A DNA stretch of 64,000 bases from a virus (Duplodnaviria; Heunggongvirae; Uroviricota; Caudoviricetes). The notes below the pieces were generated by a model. That model was given only the letters and a program-made list of their open reading frames with translations, was not told the origin of the DNA and did not search any database. Shown piece by piece: positions 36,929 through 47,744 of this stretch. The position numbers and the translations under genes were made by a program. The DNA lies in the IMG/VR virus record IMGVR_UViG_3300028833_000055, positions 1 through 64,000 of that record. One strand, 5' to 3'. Each line of letters starts with the position of its first letter. Within the stretch, counting starts at the first letter, position 1.

Positions 36929-38728
36929 ATGGCCAACACTTTTTATTACAACGCTTGTGAAATGGATGCAAAGATGTCTCCGGTTTCATATGTGGAACAA
37001 ATCAATAAATCCGTCATAGACGAAGGTACCGACGGAAACGGATTGAGGTTCTACGGGAGTGCATCCGACAGAAAACTTTACGCCCCTTCGGCCATTATGA
37101 ACGAAAATGTCGCCATAAACTACAGAAGCATATACAACTCGTATCCGTCCTATGCAAAGAACGTGGCGTTTACCGACTACGACGACTATCTGAAGTGCAT
37201 ACAGAAGGATGAAATGAACCTCAAATGGTTGAAGGCGAAGCAGAACCCGACATATAAGAATATCATATTGTGGTACGGAGACCCTCTGTTCGACCCTTAT
37301 GGTCTGGCCGCATACAAGATGCAGGACTTCATCTACCTGAAATATTACAACCAGATACCGAACAACTATATGGTCACACTCCGCCGATACACGAGACCTT
37401 GTGTTGACAATATGTTCGGTCTCGACTACGATGCGGCCGTGTCAAACGCTATGAACGGAAACCCCGAAAGTTATTTCGCCCTCGCCACGGCTGTGACTTA
37501 TATGGGTGACAAAGCCGGAAACAAACTCTCCGAAATATTGAAGTTCGACTACGGTATGAACTGGGAGGACAAAGAGGCGAAGGTGGAGACACTCAAAAAT
37601 TCGGACGGTGGTCTTGCTCAACAGTTGCAACAGAACGGTGTACGACAAAGACCGAAGGCTACCGAAAGTATGATGTCCGCCACAACCGACAGAATGGGTA
37701 TGAGAAGAAACGCCACCGACTCGATAAGGCAGGCTCTTGTATTCTCGGCGGCGGTACAAGGTAAGGGAAAAAGTGTGAATGATGCAAATGCAAGTATGCA
37801 CGCATATGAAGGCGACGAGTTCGCCGCAAGATACGGTGAGGAGTTCTACGGCGATGTCAATGTCGTAAACAAGGTGAAGATGAGAAGCAGGGGTCTGACA
37901 TTCACAAATTCATTCTCACTTAATTTCGAATATTCACTCAAATCGTTGAAATGTGTGAACCCGAGGGTCGCTATGCTTGACATTCTCGGAAACTTTATGA
38001 TACTCACCGGTAACTACGGTAACTTCTGGGGTGGTGCAACATTGTTCTACGGACAGCACAGCATAGCACCACAGTACGGAGACCCCGAACTGTTAAGAAA
38101 AGGACAATACGGAAAATATCTGCATTCATTGTGGGATGACGTGAAAACCGGTTATGAAAGACTTGCTACAAAGGAAAACGGTGAAAAGGGAGGTTTTCTC
38201 ACGGCATTGGGAAATATAGCGAAGGGAGGTTTTCAGGACTTAATCGGAAACCTGCTCGGCGGTAATGTCGGTGTCGCCGGTACAGCCCAAGCGCCACCGG
38301 CACTTTTGAGTGGTAATCCGTCAGGATACTGGCATGTCACTGTCGGAAACCCTCTCGACCCGATTGCAATGATGGGAAATATGTGTGTGACAAAGACTTC
38401 GGTACAGTTCAATGACATTTTAGGATATGACGATTTCCCGACGGAAATCAAGTTCACAGTCGAACTCGAACACGGAAGAGCGAGAGACAACGCCTTCATA
38501 CAAAGTATGTTCAACGCCGGTAAAGGTAGAATCTACTCCTTCAACAACAAGGGTCTCGAAGACGCTATGCACAATGTGGATGTTCTGAATAACTTCCAGG
38601 TTAACGCCGACCAGAACAAACAGGAAATGAGTGTAACATACGATAAGAACGGAATACCTCAGAATGTAGGTGGAAGAATGGTCGGTCTCGACCAGATGAA
38701 AGTTATGGGTGGCAATTTATATAACTAA
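36929..38728 (+). CDS. Putative baseplate/tail-tube-initiator-like structural protein
   Basis: 599 aa, late, upstream of gp53/gp5-like genes. C-terminal WHVTVGNP...GNMCVT...DDFPTEIKFTVEL resembles tube-fold proteins. Confidence 0.5.
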   Translation: MANTFYYNACEMDAKMSPVSYVEQINKSVIDEGTDGNGLRFYGSASDRKLYAPSAIMNENVAINYRSIYNSYPSYAKNVAFTDYDDYLKCIQKDEMNLKWLKAKQNPTYKNIILWYGDPLFDPYGLAAYKMQDFIYLKYYNQIPNNYMVTLRRYTRPCVDNMFGLDYDAAVSNAMNGNPESYFALATAVTYMGDKAGNKLSEILKFDYGMNWEDKEAKVETLKNSDGGLAQQLQQNGVRQRPKATESMMSATTDRMGMRRNATDSIRQALVFSAAVQGKGKSVNDANASMHAYEGDEFAARYGEEFYGDVNVVNKVKMRSRGLTFTNSFSLNFEYSLKSLKCVNPRVAMLDILGNFMILTGNYGNFWGGATLFYGQHSIAPQYGDPELLRKGQYGKYLHSLWDDVKTGYERLATKENGEKGGFLTALGNIAKGGFQDLIGNLLGGNVGVAGTAQAPPALLSGNPSGYWHVTVGNPLDPIAMMGNMCVTKTSVQFNDILGYDDFPTEIKFTVELEHGRARDNAFIQSMFNAGKGRIYSFNNKGLEDAMHNVDVLNNFQVNADQNKQEMSVTYDKNGIPQNVGGRMVGLDQMKVMGGNLYN

Positions 38729-38734
38729 TGTAAT

Positions 38735-39142
38735 ATGGACAAGATATTGGATAAAAAGAGAAGAACCACATCCGATGACGGGGATGAAATGTTGGAACTC
38801 GGAATACCTTGTGTGAATATAAACAAGATAACCGCCAACGGTGTAATCCGTGTATCACAGGACCAGAAGGGAAGAATAGACAGGTTCTCGCAGTTGAACG
38901 TGGGTGAGGACAGAATGTCCATAGACCTCGTTATGTACTACAACCATATATTCAATCCGTTTTCAATAGACGAGGGTGACATTATCTTCACGCCTCTGTA
39001 CAGTGAAAATTGCTTGAAATCCACGGGTGAACCGGTACTTCCCGATGGAAGCAAACCGTCAACCAAGGCAAGTGGTGAGAAGGAACTGACATATGCAGAA
39101 AAGGTAGAAAGGGCGGCAAGAACCGGATTGGGAGTTAGATAA
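38735..39142 (+). CDS. Baseplate wedge protein, gp53/LysM-like
   Basis: GRIDRFS...VMYYNHIFNPFSIDEGDIIFTP. Confidence 0.65.
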   Translation: MDKILDKKRRTTSDDGDEMLELGIPCVNINKITANGVIRVSQDQKGRIDRFSQLNVGEDRMSIDLVMYYNHIFNPFSIDEGDIIFTPLYSENCLKSTGEPVLPDGSKPSTKASGEKELTYAEKVERAARTGLGVR

Positions 39143-39144
39143 TT

Positions 39145-39819
39145 ATGGAATCAGGAATAGTTATTGACAATTTCGACCCGATATTCAAGGGGAGATGTAA
39201 GATAAGGGTGTATGGAAGACACACCGAAACTGTCGGTGGTGAATATGTGATACTTGATGATGACCTTCCGTGGGCAAAACCTGCCATCGCCGGTGGTTCA
39301 TTCAAAGTACCCAAGATTGGACAAAGGGTTTCCGTCCAAGTGGTAGACCCCTATACCATCCTTTATTATGGACCGGTTACGACCGACTGTGGTGTACAAG
39401 ACATTCTGTATGAAAACGCAGATGACTGTGAAAACGCACAGATACTTCTTGTGGATGGTGAAATCGGAGGGGACTATGTGAAGATATACTATATTCCGGA
39501 AGAAGGTCTCGACATAGAGTGTCACGGACACAAGATATGCCTTACCAAATACGACGGACTGAAGATAGAGGCGAAGAACGGGGCGAAGATAACAATAGAC
39601 GAGAGTAGCAAGGATATAAACATAGACACTACAGGAAACATAAATCTGAACTGTGCCAATATAAACCTTTCAAACGAGGCTACAGAGAAACTGATACTCG
39701 GAAGCAGACTTATGGAGGTTTTCAACAACCATACACATTTCTGTCCCGGAGGAACCACCAACACACCTACGGAAAAACTTACCCCGAAGGATTTTTCGAA
39801 AAAGATAAAGATAGGATAA
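39145..39819 (+). CDS. Baseplate hub/spike protein, gp5-like
   Basis: N-terminal OB fold DNFDP..GRCKIRVYG..LPWA..VPKIG, beta-helix repeats, and HTH (His-Thr-His) tip motif. Confidence 0.8.
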   Translation: MESGIVIDNFDPIFKGRCKIRVYGRHTETVGGEYVILDDDLPWAKPAIAGGSFKVPKIGQRVSVQVVDPYTILYYGPVTTDCGVQDILYENADDCENAQILLVDGEIGGDYVKIYYIPEEGLDIECHGHKICLTKYDGLKIEAKNGAKITIDESSKDINIDTTGNINLNCANINLSNEATEKLILGSRLMEVFNNHTHFCPGGTTNTPTEKLTPKDFSKKIKIG

Positions 39820-39852
39820 ACATAAATACAATACATACAAAAAGAAAAGATT

Positions 39853-40461
39853 ATGATTAAAAAATTTGAAGAATTTACATCACATCCAAGAAAATATGGA
39901 AAAAGGGTAGTATCCGAATCGAGAACGAGATTATCTATTGGTGATGCTTTTGACAAGATGGAAGTTGCTACAAAATGTTTGAGCACTCTCTATAATCTTT
40001 ATCGGGAGGCCGAAAATTTTAGAATACAAGAAAAAATAGAGGACACTTTTGAGGATTTGGATGAAAACTGGTGTTGTTCAAACGGTGATATCTTATTATA
40101 TTTGGCCGCCTGCTGGGCTGAATATGAACCAGATACAGAATGCACAATCCAAAACATAGACGAGGTTTCACAAAACGAGGAAATAAAGGAAGACTGTTTT
40201 GCTGGCAGTTGGTTTGAAACACTGTCAGACGAGGCGTATTATTTTATTTGGAATGAGATAAAAAATGACAATCATATTTTTGAAATTATGTCTCAACTTG
40301 TGGATATCTTGAAAAATGAAGAATTTTCCCACGATGGTCGTACAACAATTGCATGGACATTGCACCAGATTGACGAAAATGGGATGAAGGAAAATTTTAT
40401 TGGCGAATTTGTGAAAGCGTTCTTAACAAATGACTGGGTAACATTTTCAGACAACATATAA
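39853..40461 (+). CDS. Acidic late protein with CTS-like N-terminus
   Basis: MIKKFEEFTS; CATAAATA at 39821. Confidence 0.7.
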   Translation: MIKKFEEFTSHPRKYGKRVVSESRTRLSIGDAFDKMEVATKCLSTLYNLYREAENFRIQEKIEDTFEDLDENWCCSNGDILLYLAACWAEYEPDTECTIQNIDEVSQNEEIKEDCFAGSWFETLSDEAYYFIWNEIKNDNHIFEIMSQLVDILKNEEFSHDGRTTIAWTLHQIDENGMKENFIGEFVKAFLTNDWVTFSDNI

Positions 40462-40462
40462 C

Positions 40463-40493
40463 AAAAAGGAGATGTTGAACATCTCCTTTTTTT
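40463..40493. terminator. Bidirectional intrinsic terminator
   Basis: AAAAAGGAGATGTT/AACATCTCCTTTTTT. Confidence 0.8.
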
Positions 40494-42462
40494 ATGAATA
40501 CAATGTGTTTTTATTCCTGTAAAGACTTGCAAAAATATCCGTGTCCGAAGGACCGTACAGCGACCGCTGTTTATTATCATTCATATAATCATTGTTATCG
40601 TATACATTCGAGAACTTTTCATCGAGTTTCATCTCAAACAGCTTTGCGATTTCCTCGTTTCCTTCCTCGTACATAACCTCCTCCATCATAACATCCAGAT
40701 AAGGATGGTCGTATATGGAAGTCAAGTTGACAGTAGACATCGCCAAATCATCGTTGTCCCTTGTCGCCTTCCAGGAGTTTCCGACCCTCGAGAACACTTC
40801 AAACTCACCGACAGTATCATCATCCGTCACTATAATTCCATCCGAAGCGACAAGTCCCTTGAGTTTTATACACATAATCGGCTTGTTGTCAACCCTTATC
40901 TTCAAACCGTATTTTCTTGTTGTGGCGTCATCCGAATGCTTGAACTTCAAGACGGTGGAAATATCAAATTCATTCTTGTCACCGAAGACATTCTGCAACC
41001 TCATTATGAACTCACCTCCGAAAGCGTTGTATTCACATATAATCCTTATCTTATCAGGATTTATGACTTTTGGTGTCAATATGTTGACCAGTTTGGCGAG
41101 TTTGGTTATGTCTATCGTATTGGACTTGAACCTTCCGACTTGTACAAACTGGAAGAAATCCGACTTTACATAGTCTTCCGACTTTACATCTATATGTGCT
41201 ATAAGTTCCTTCGGTTTGGTCTGAAGTCTGAATATGTTCAGTATTGAACTGTCTCCACCACCACCTTCGGCAAGGTCTATCGACATAACCCAGCAGTATT
41301 TGGGGTTTTTAAGGTCTGATACGTCGAAGTCCGGATGCCATTTCAAGTTCGACCATTCCTCGTCCCAGTTCATTTCAAGTTCCGGTATGGTCCTGTATAT
41401 GTATTTTACACGGTTTTTCTGCAATTTGGCAAGAGAATCCGGTGACAGAAGGGTATTACCGGTCGAGAGGAACGAGTTTCCATATTGTCTCATAAACTCG
41501 TCCTCGCCACCACAGTCGAATATCATCTTCTCCTTCCACTTTTCGTCACGACCCGGTACCTGCCACCAGTCCACCCTTATGGGGTGATATGAGTTCTTGC
41601 CGTCAACAGCACCCTGGTACAAGTCGAAGAACTTGTTGTATCCGTTTGGTGTGGAAGTCACTATTATCTTGGAGTCTTCCATTGAAGATACGGTAGGCAT
41701 AATATTCTCATAGAACTCATCGAGTATGTGTGGTTCGACATGAGCGAACTCGTCAAGGTACAAAAGATGTATCGTATAACCGATAAACGAGCGTTTTGTC
41801 GTGGATTGTGCCTCTATACGGCAACCGTTTGCAAATGACATCTTACTGATGTTGTTGACTTTCACGCCGGGTTTCATAAAGAAAGGAAGATAATTCATCA
41901 TTTCCTTTATCTTGTCCATAATTTCCGTAGCGGTTGCGTATTTGTTGGCGGCGATGGCCACGTGCCTGTCAAAGTTGAAAATAATGTAATGGAGTATGAA
42001 TATGGCGGCAATAACCGTATTATGACTTAAAATATTGTTTCCGAAATACGAATGTTCTTCGGAATCTACAGTCACATCATACATCGAAACTTTAAATTTT
42101 GATTTTTCAACACTTTTTACCTTTGATAGACCATTTTTTGTTATTACAAAATCATCTTTTGTCAAATCCTTCACAAATTTCTGCACAAACCCTTCACAGA
42201 ATACTATATGGTTGTCAGCACATTCAAGTTTGTCACCGGATTCAAGTGTTAATGTGTAAATACGATAAGGTTGTGTCTTGTGTATATGTGTTATCGGGTG
42301 ATAACCATCGTGTGACAGAACTTTCAGATTATCATTTGATATATCTATGGTGTCAATGATTTTCTTGGAGATGTCATCCTCATCGAGAGACATATTCCTA
42401 TACTCGTATTTTTCAATCAATTCTATTAAAAATAGAATTATATTCTTAATAATTTTTCTCAT
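40492..42462 (-). CDS. terL: Terminase large subunit, C-terminal part, preceded by the C-half of a split intein (42462-42019)
   Basis: Intein blocks LECADNH and YDVTV...ILSHN|T, then Walker B LYLDEFAH, VTSTPNG, and nuclease motifs SIDLAEG and DDLAMS. Confidence 0.92.
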   Translation of the reverse strand: MRKIIKNIILFLIELIEKYEYRNMSLDEDDISKKIIDTIDISNDNLKVLSHDGYHPITHIHKTQPYRIYTLTLESGDKLECADNHIVFCEGFVQKFVKDLTKDDFVITKNGLSKVKSVEKSKFKVSMYDVTVDSEEHSYFGNNILSHNTVIAAIFILHYIIFNFDRHVAIAANKYATATEIMDKIKEMMNYLPFFMKPGVKVNNISKMSFANGCRIEAQSTTKRSFIGYTIHLLYLDEFAHVEPHILDEFYENIMPTVSSMEDSKIIVTSTPNGYNKFFDLYQGAVDGKNSYHPIRVDWWQVPGRDEKWKEKMIFDCGGEDEFMRQYGNSFLSTGNTLLSPDSLAKLQKNRVKYIYRTIPELEMNWDEEWSNLKWHPDFDVSDLKNPKYCWVMSIDLAEGGGGDSSILNIFRLQTKPKELIAHIDVKSEDYVKSDFFQFVQVGRFKSNTIDITKLAKLVNILTPKVINPDKIRIICEYNAFGGEFIMRLQNVFGDKNEFDISTVLKFKHSDDATTRKYGLKIRVDNKPIMCIKLKGLVASDGIIVTDDDTVGEFEVFSRVGNSWKATRDNDDLAMSTVNLTSIYDHPYLDVMMEEVMYEEGNEEIAKLFEMKLDEKFSNVYDNNDYMNDNKQRSLYGPSDTDIFASLYRNKNTLYS

Positions 42463-42464
42463 AA

Positions 42465-43595
42465 TCAATCGTTTGTTAAGAAATCTATACATTTCTGTAT
42501 CGTTCCTTCCTTGTCTTTATTGTATTCGGATTCCCATACAACCAATACGGAATATCCATATTTTTTGGCACATTGGATTTTAATTGCATCATATTCCCAA
42601 ATTTCCAATGCTGTCATATTTTTTACTTTATTGTATGACTTTTCATTATATATATCCGGGTTCATATGCCAATAGTCACCATTAAACTCTATAATTTTAT
42701 TACCTATTGTTAAATCATATGAATAATGATTATTGTTTTTATCCGATATATATTTTTGTTTTTCCGGAATATCTATTTTTAAATATTTACATATTCTTTC
42801 TTTACATTGTTTTTCAAAATTACTTATAGGTGTTCTAGAATCACCATCGTGTTCAAATGAGTTAAACAAAGATTTTTTCCATTTCTCTTGTCTTTCCTTC
42901 CATCTTTTATAACCGTCTTCCAATCCGTACTTTTCAATACATTTCTCCAATGTGAATGTCCTTTGTCTTTCAGAAACTTTCTCTTTTGCTTCCTCTTCCG
43001 AATATCCCTTTTTTATCCAATATTCAATCTGATTTGTTGATTTATCAGTTCTATCACATTGGAGGTGTTTCCTTATATTTTTCTCCTTTTCATTGTCCGA
43101 CATTCCTTCATATCCTTTGAATGATTTTGAAAACGGAGAAATGGATTTCCTATGTTCTTCCGTAGTGTTGCATTTTGCGTTTGGATTCTTATCACCAGAC
43201 ATTTTTTCAGAGTACATTTTTTTCACTTCCGGTCTATTCATAAACTTCTTTGACTTTTCAGAAAGTGTTTTTGATGTCTTTTCACAAACAAGTTTTGCAT
43301 CCGGAAACTCTTCCATATACTCCTCTATGGTTTTGTCCGGATGCCTTTCGTTAAACCATCTTCCAGTTATACGGGGTGTTGCAAGACCATTCCATCTGTC
43401 AATCACATAATCAACATTTTCAATTCCTTCAAGAAGTTTCTTCTGTTTAACTATGAAAGCGGAAGCCTTATTCCTTTTTAATTTTTCTTTCTTTACTATT
43501 TCGGAACATTCATTGCAGAAATGAACATAACCCGATTCGGCTTCAAATTCTTTACCACACCTTTCACAAACTTTTATACATTTCTTTTTACTCAT
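42465..43595 (-). mobile_element. Vsr-like homing endonuclease between the split-intein halves
   Basis: N-terminal CxxC..CxxC, basic repeats, C-terminal YDL..NKIIEFNGDYWH...GYSVLVVWE; AT-rich. Confidence 0.82.
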
Positions 43596-43598
43596 ATA

Positions 43599-44132
43599 TT
43601 ATAATTTTCGATAAATTTTCATTAAAAAATGTTTTATACGAGATAAAATTCCATCTTTTTTCTCATAATAAACATCCTCAATGTATTTATGAAAGTTATT
43701 TTCATTTTGTTGTAATTCTAACTCGTTGAAAATGTGGCATTTACCCGTTTGTCTCGATGTTAAAGAAATTGAAAATCTGTTATTTACATAAGATTCCAAC
43801 ATCTCCTCCTGATAATCTCTCAGTTTCAAGGGCTGATAACCCTTTGTTCCCTGCAAGCAATATCCGTAGTTGTTGGCGAAATAGAAAATGTCGTTTGCAC
43901 ATTTCGTCAACTCCTGTATTTCCTCCGGTGTATATTCGAAAATTATATTCGGGTCTCTGATACCTATCATACCGTCCAGCCAGGGACTATCCTTGTGTGC
44001 TATACCTTCTGCATAGTCTCTCATCCAGTCGTCAACCTTTTTGGTCGACCAGACGGTTTTCTTTTTCTGTGTCTTATTTGTCTTGACCACCTTCGGTGAG
44101 GTGGCGGTGTTATCATCTACTATTCTTCCCAT
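43599..44132 (-). CDS. terL: Terminase large subunit, N-terminal part, fused to the N-half of a split intein (43739-43599)
   Basis: T4 gp17-like KCANDIFYFANNY and LRDYQ; Walker A SRQTGK followed directly by Cys1 of a 46-aa IntN. Confidence 0.92.
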   Translation of the reverse strand: MGRIVDDNTATSPKVVKTNKTQKKKTVWSTKKVDDWMRDYAEGIAHKDSPWLDGMIGIRDPNIIFEYTPEEIQELTKCANDIFYFANNYGYCLQGTKGYQPLKLRDYQEEMLESYVNNRFSISLTSRQTGKCHIFNELELQQNENNFHKYIEDVYYEKKDGILSRIKHFLMKIYRKL

Positions 44133-44154
44133 AAAATTGTTTTATTATATAGAA

Positions 44155-44877
44155 TTAAACCCCCTTTGGTAGAAACTCCGGTTTCATTTTGGGGCATTTT
44201 GTAAACATAAGACTTGATGTAACGAATTTGTCAGAAAATTTCCAGTTACTCAAATCCTTGCATAAACTATCACAACCGTAGAACATTTCGGCGGTATGAA
44301 CCACATTGGACACATCCCATTTACTTATGTCCCTGTCAAAATCCTTACAATTCTGAAACATTCCGGTCATATATACTTCATTCTCCGTATTGAATTTCCA
44401 GTTGTCTACATTACCGTTAAATTTATGGCAGTCTTTGAACATCTCCGTAAAGATGATGACATTGGATACATCCCATTTGTCTAGATTGCAATTAAATTTA
44501 TTACAGTTGTAGAACATTCTATATGTATTCTTGCAATTCGATGTGTTCCAACCGGACACATCCCCGCAAAAATCGGTAAATTGAAATATACCCCTCATAT
44601 TCTCAACATTGGAAACATCGACATCGTTCAAATTACAATCATCACCCCTGAGGTCTACCAAATTTCCAATTAATCTGTTTAATATGGAATTAACCGAATC
44701 TTCATCATCATCTTCCTTTATAATGATATAATATCCGTTCTTATGTCTTTTTCCATTCATATCGGTGAAATCGTGTATTCCCACTCCTTCCGGAAGTTTG
44801 TCCAACATCGGAAGTTTATTCTCTGTTCTTTCAATTTCACCGAAATATTCTTCCGTTAAATTCTTTAAAATTCCCAT
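44155..44877 (-). CDS. DUF285/BspA-like repeat protein, copy 3
   Basis: Leader MGILKNLTEEYFGE; WDVSNV repeats; late motif at 44900. Confidence 0.85.
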   Translation of the reverse strand: MGILKNLTEEYFGEIERTENKLPMLDKLPEGVGIHDFTDMNGKRHKNGYYIIIKEDDDEDSVNSILNRLIGNLVDLRGDDCNLNDVDVSNVENMRGIFQFTDFCGDVSGWNTSNCKNTYRMFYNCNKFNCNLDKWDVSNVIIFTEMFKDCHKFNGNVDNWKFNTENEVYMTGMFQNCKDFDRDISKWDVSNVVHTAEMFYGCDSLCKDLSNWKFSDKFVTSSLMFTKCPKMKPEFLPKGV

Positions 44878-44909
44878 AAATATACTATATATTCTTAATT
44901 ATTTATGTT

Positions 44910-45488
44910 ATGAAATTTGGATTTGACAAGAATACAGGTATTTACGGTCCGAAAAAGGATGAAAACATATATTTCGGAGGCAGTCAAGGCGGTGGTATTA
45001 TCGTCGATGACAAAAAGAATAAAGTAAGATACATCATAGAAAAGGATGGAACTATAACTTGGTTGCTTTCAACGAGAAAAGACCTTCATCTGTACGATAT
45101 GAGAGACGGAAGAATGATTGCCGACAGAGTTATGAGAAAATTCGGAAACGGACACAAATACTCCGATTTCAGATATTTCGTAAGGAATATGAGGGGGGCG
45201 GACGAAAGTTTTCTACCGACATTCGATGAGTTCATAAATGAAAACAAAATGCATTTTGAATGTACTTGTGCAGATGTGACACCCGAAGAATGGGATGAAC
45301 GTATGAAAGGACGGAAAAAAATGGACTACAAAACACTTGTTGAAAAAATAAGAAAGGATTGTCCGGACATTTATAGAAAACTTCGTTTGGAACTTCATAA
45401 TCCATACAAGGATGAATGTTATGAAACAGACACACACTATATTCTGACACATTCAGCAACAAATTATTTTTTTAAAAAAAGCAAGTAA
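44910..45488 (+). CDS. Hypothetical late protein with internal FDEFINE motif
   Basis: 192 aa; CATAAATA at 44875. Confidence 0.65.
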   Translation: MKFGFDKNTGIYGPKKDENIYFGGSQGGGIIVDDKKNKVRYIIEKDGTITWLLSTRKDLHLYDMRDGRMIADRVMRKFGNGHKYSDFRYFVRNMRGADESFLPTFDEFINENKMHFECTCADVTPEEWDERMKGRKKMDYKTLVEKIRKDCPDIYRKLRLELHNPYKDECYETDTHYILTHSATNYFFKKSK

Positions 45489-45489
45489 A

Positions 45490-46095
45490 ATGGGAATACT
45501 GAAAAATTTGACGAAAGAATACTTTGGAAAAATTGAAAGAACCGAAGACAAAATCGATTTACCGGAAGAAATAGCGGATGATGTAAAAAGAAAGAATTTC
45601 ACCGATAAAAACGGTAATAAACACTATGGATTCTATGTTGTCGACGGGAGTTTGGGAGTTCTTAACGCCCTCGTCAATAAATTAATCGAAATAAGAGGAG
45701 ACAACTGTGACCTGAACGACATATATACGGCGAACATAAAGGATATGGCGTTTCTTTTCAGACAGAACGACTGGATGGATAACTATAGTATAGACAACTC
45801 CTCCTTTAACGGGGACATATCCGGATGGGATGTTTCCCAAGTTGAAAGTATGGAAGGTATGTTCATTGATTCCCAGTTTAACGGAGATATTTCCAAATGG
45901 GATGTAGGACAAGTTACAAGTATGTATCAGATGTTTATGGGTTCGGATTTCAATAGGGATTTAAGCGCTTGGGAGGACAAGGTTTCGGAACTGAAGGAAG
46001 TCGGTGATATGTTCTGTGACTGTCCGGTTGAAAGTAATGACAAAATACCAAGCTGGTGGTATGAAGTATCGTCACGGGAGATTGATGGAGAATAA
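45490..46095 (+). CDS. DUF285/BspA-like repeat protein, copy 4
   Basis: Shared leader; FNGDISxWDV repeats. Confidence 0.85.
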   Translation: MGILKNLTKEYFGKIERTEDKIDLPEEIADDVKRKNFTDKNGNKHYGFYVVDGSLGVLNALVNKLIEIRGDNCDLNDIYTANIKDMAFLFRQNDWMDNYSIDNSSFNGDISGWDVSQVESMEGMFIDSQFNGDISKWDVGQVTSMYQMFMGSDFNRDLSAWEDKVSELKEVGDMFCDCPVESNDKIPSWWYEVSSREIDGE

Positions 46096-46102
46096 ATAAA
46101 TT

Positions 46103-47038
46103 ATGGGAATATTATTGAATTTGACAAAAGAGTATTTCGGAGACATCGAAAGAGAAGAGGATATAATTATATCACCTGATGATTTGCCTTACGGTGTGGG
46201 CATTCACGAGTTTATCGACAACAACGGCAAGAAACATAAGACCGGATATTATTCCATAGACGGTTCAATAATAAGTTTAAAAACAATCGTCTATAAGATA
46301 ATGTCCCTTAAAGGAAGGAAATGTGACTTGAATATGGTCGATGTTTCAAACATACAGGATATGACGGATTTATTTAGGGATTTGGAGGACTTTGACTGTG
46401 ATGTTTCCGGATGGGATGTCTCCAATGTGAAATCTATGGAAGGAATGTTTTTTCGTTGTAAAGATTTTAAAGGAGACCTTTCCAGATGGAATACGAGAAA
46501 TGTGACCGATATGGAAGGAATGTTTTACGGATGTTCAGACTTCAATAGTGCAATAGGGGGATGGAATGTGTCCAAATGTCTTTGTTTCAACTATATGTTT
46601 AGTGATTGCAAAAAATTCAATCAAGATATAAGCAACTGGCAACTAAATACGGACGAAAAGAAAAAGATAGAAATGAAAGCTATGTTTTATGGTGCAACCA
46701 TTTTTGACCAGCCGATTGGAAAGTGGAATGTTTCAAGGGTAAAAAGAATGGAAAGCATGTTCAGAGACTGTGTAAATTTCAATCAGCCGCTCGGGGACTG
46801 GGACGTATCCAATGTCGGTGATATGTTTGCGATGTTCTCCGGATGTACAAATTTCAACCAGCCGATTGGAAAGTGGAATATGAAGAAAGTGGAAGATGTA
46901 TCCGAAATGTTCAAGGACTGTATAAATTTCGAACAAGACATAAGTGAATGGAAAATCAGTCCAAAAATAAGAAAGCAAGCGGTTTTCGTCAACTGTCCTA
47001 TATTAAAGAGAAATGTACCGGAAAATTTAAGGAAATAA
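46103..47038 (+). CDS. DUF285/BspA-like repeat protein, copy 5
   Basis: Shared leader; about 9 repeats. Confidence 0.85.
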   Translation: MGILLNLTKEYFGDIEREEDIIISPDDLPYGVGIHEFIDNNGKKHKTGYYSIDGSIISLKTIVYKIMSLKGRKCDLNMVDVSNIQDMTDLFRDLEDFDCDVSGWDVSNVKSMEGMFFRCKDFKGDLSRWNTRNVTDMEGMFYGCSDFNSAIGGWNVSKCLCFNYMFSDCKKFNQDISNWQLNTDEKKKIEMKAMFYGATIFDQPIGKWNVSRVKRMESMFRDCVNFNQPLGDWDVSNVGDMFAMFSGCTNFNQPIGKWNMKKVEDVSEMFKDCINFEQDISEWKISPKIRKQAVFVNCPILKRNVPENLRK

Positions 47039-47041
47039 GCA

Positions 47042-47734
47042 ATGGGAATATTATTGAATTTAACAAAGGAATATTTCGGTGAAATTGAAAGAACAGAGGA
47101 TGAACTTCCGATGTTGGAAAGAACACCGGATGGTGTTCAAATACATAAGTTCAGGGATGCAAACGGAAAAATACACAAGAACGGGTATTATATTCCAACT
47201 GGAAGAAAAGATGTTTTTTACCATTTAGTATCGGAACTTATACGCTTGAGAGGTGTGGGGGCAAACCTCAATGACATAGATGTTTCAAATATCAGAGATT
47301 TAAACAGTGTATTCGGATATGAAGACTTCCGTGGTGATGTGTCGGGTTGGGATACATCAAATGTCATAAGTATGTATCGTCTATTCAAGAGATGCAATAA
47401 ATTCAACTGTGACTTAAACAACTGGGATGTTTCAAATGTGGAAAATTTTGAGGAGATGTTCGATGGTTGTGAAACGTTCAATGGAAACATAAGTAACTGG
47501 AAACTAAGTACCGAAAAGGATATACAAGCCGAATATATGTTTAGGAACTGTTATAAGTTTAATTGTGATATCAGCAAATGGAATGTTTCAAAAATAACCA
47601 ATCCATATGGGATGTTCTGGGGTTGTCATGCCTTCAATAGAGATTTGAGCAATTGGGAAATGACCGATGGTAATGCGTTTATAAATTCCAAGGTGGATAT
47701 GAAGAACCTGCCAAAAAAAATTAAAGTAAAATAA
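47042..47734 (+). CDS. DUF285/BspA-like repeat protein, copy 6
   Basis: Shared leader; about 6 repeats. Confidence 0.85.
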   Translation: MGILLNLTKEYFGEIERTEDELPMLERTPDGVQIHKFRDANGKIHKNGYYIPTGRKDVFYHLVSELIRLRGVGANLNDIDVSNIRDLNSVFGYEDFRGDVSGWDTSNVISMYRLFKRCNKFNCDLNNWDVSNVENFEEMFDGCETFNGNISNWKLSTEKDIQAEYMFRNCYKFNCDISKWNVSKITNPYGMFWGCHAFNRDLSNWEMTDGNAFINSKVDMKNLPKKIKVK

Positions 47735-47744
47735 TAAATATCTT

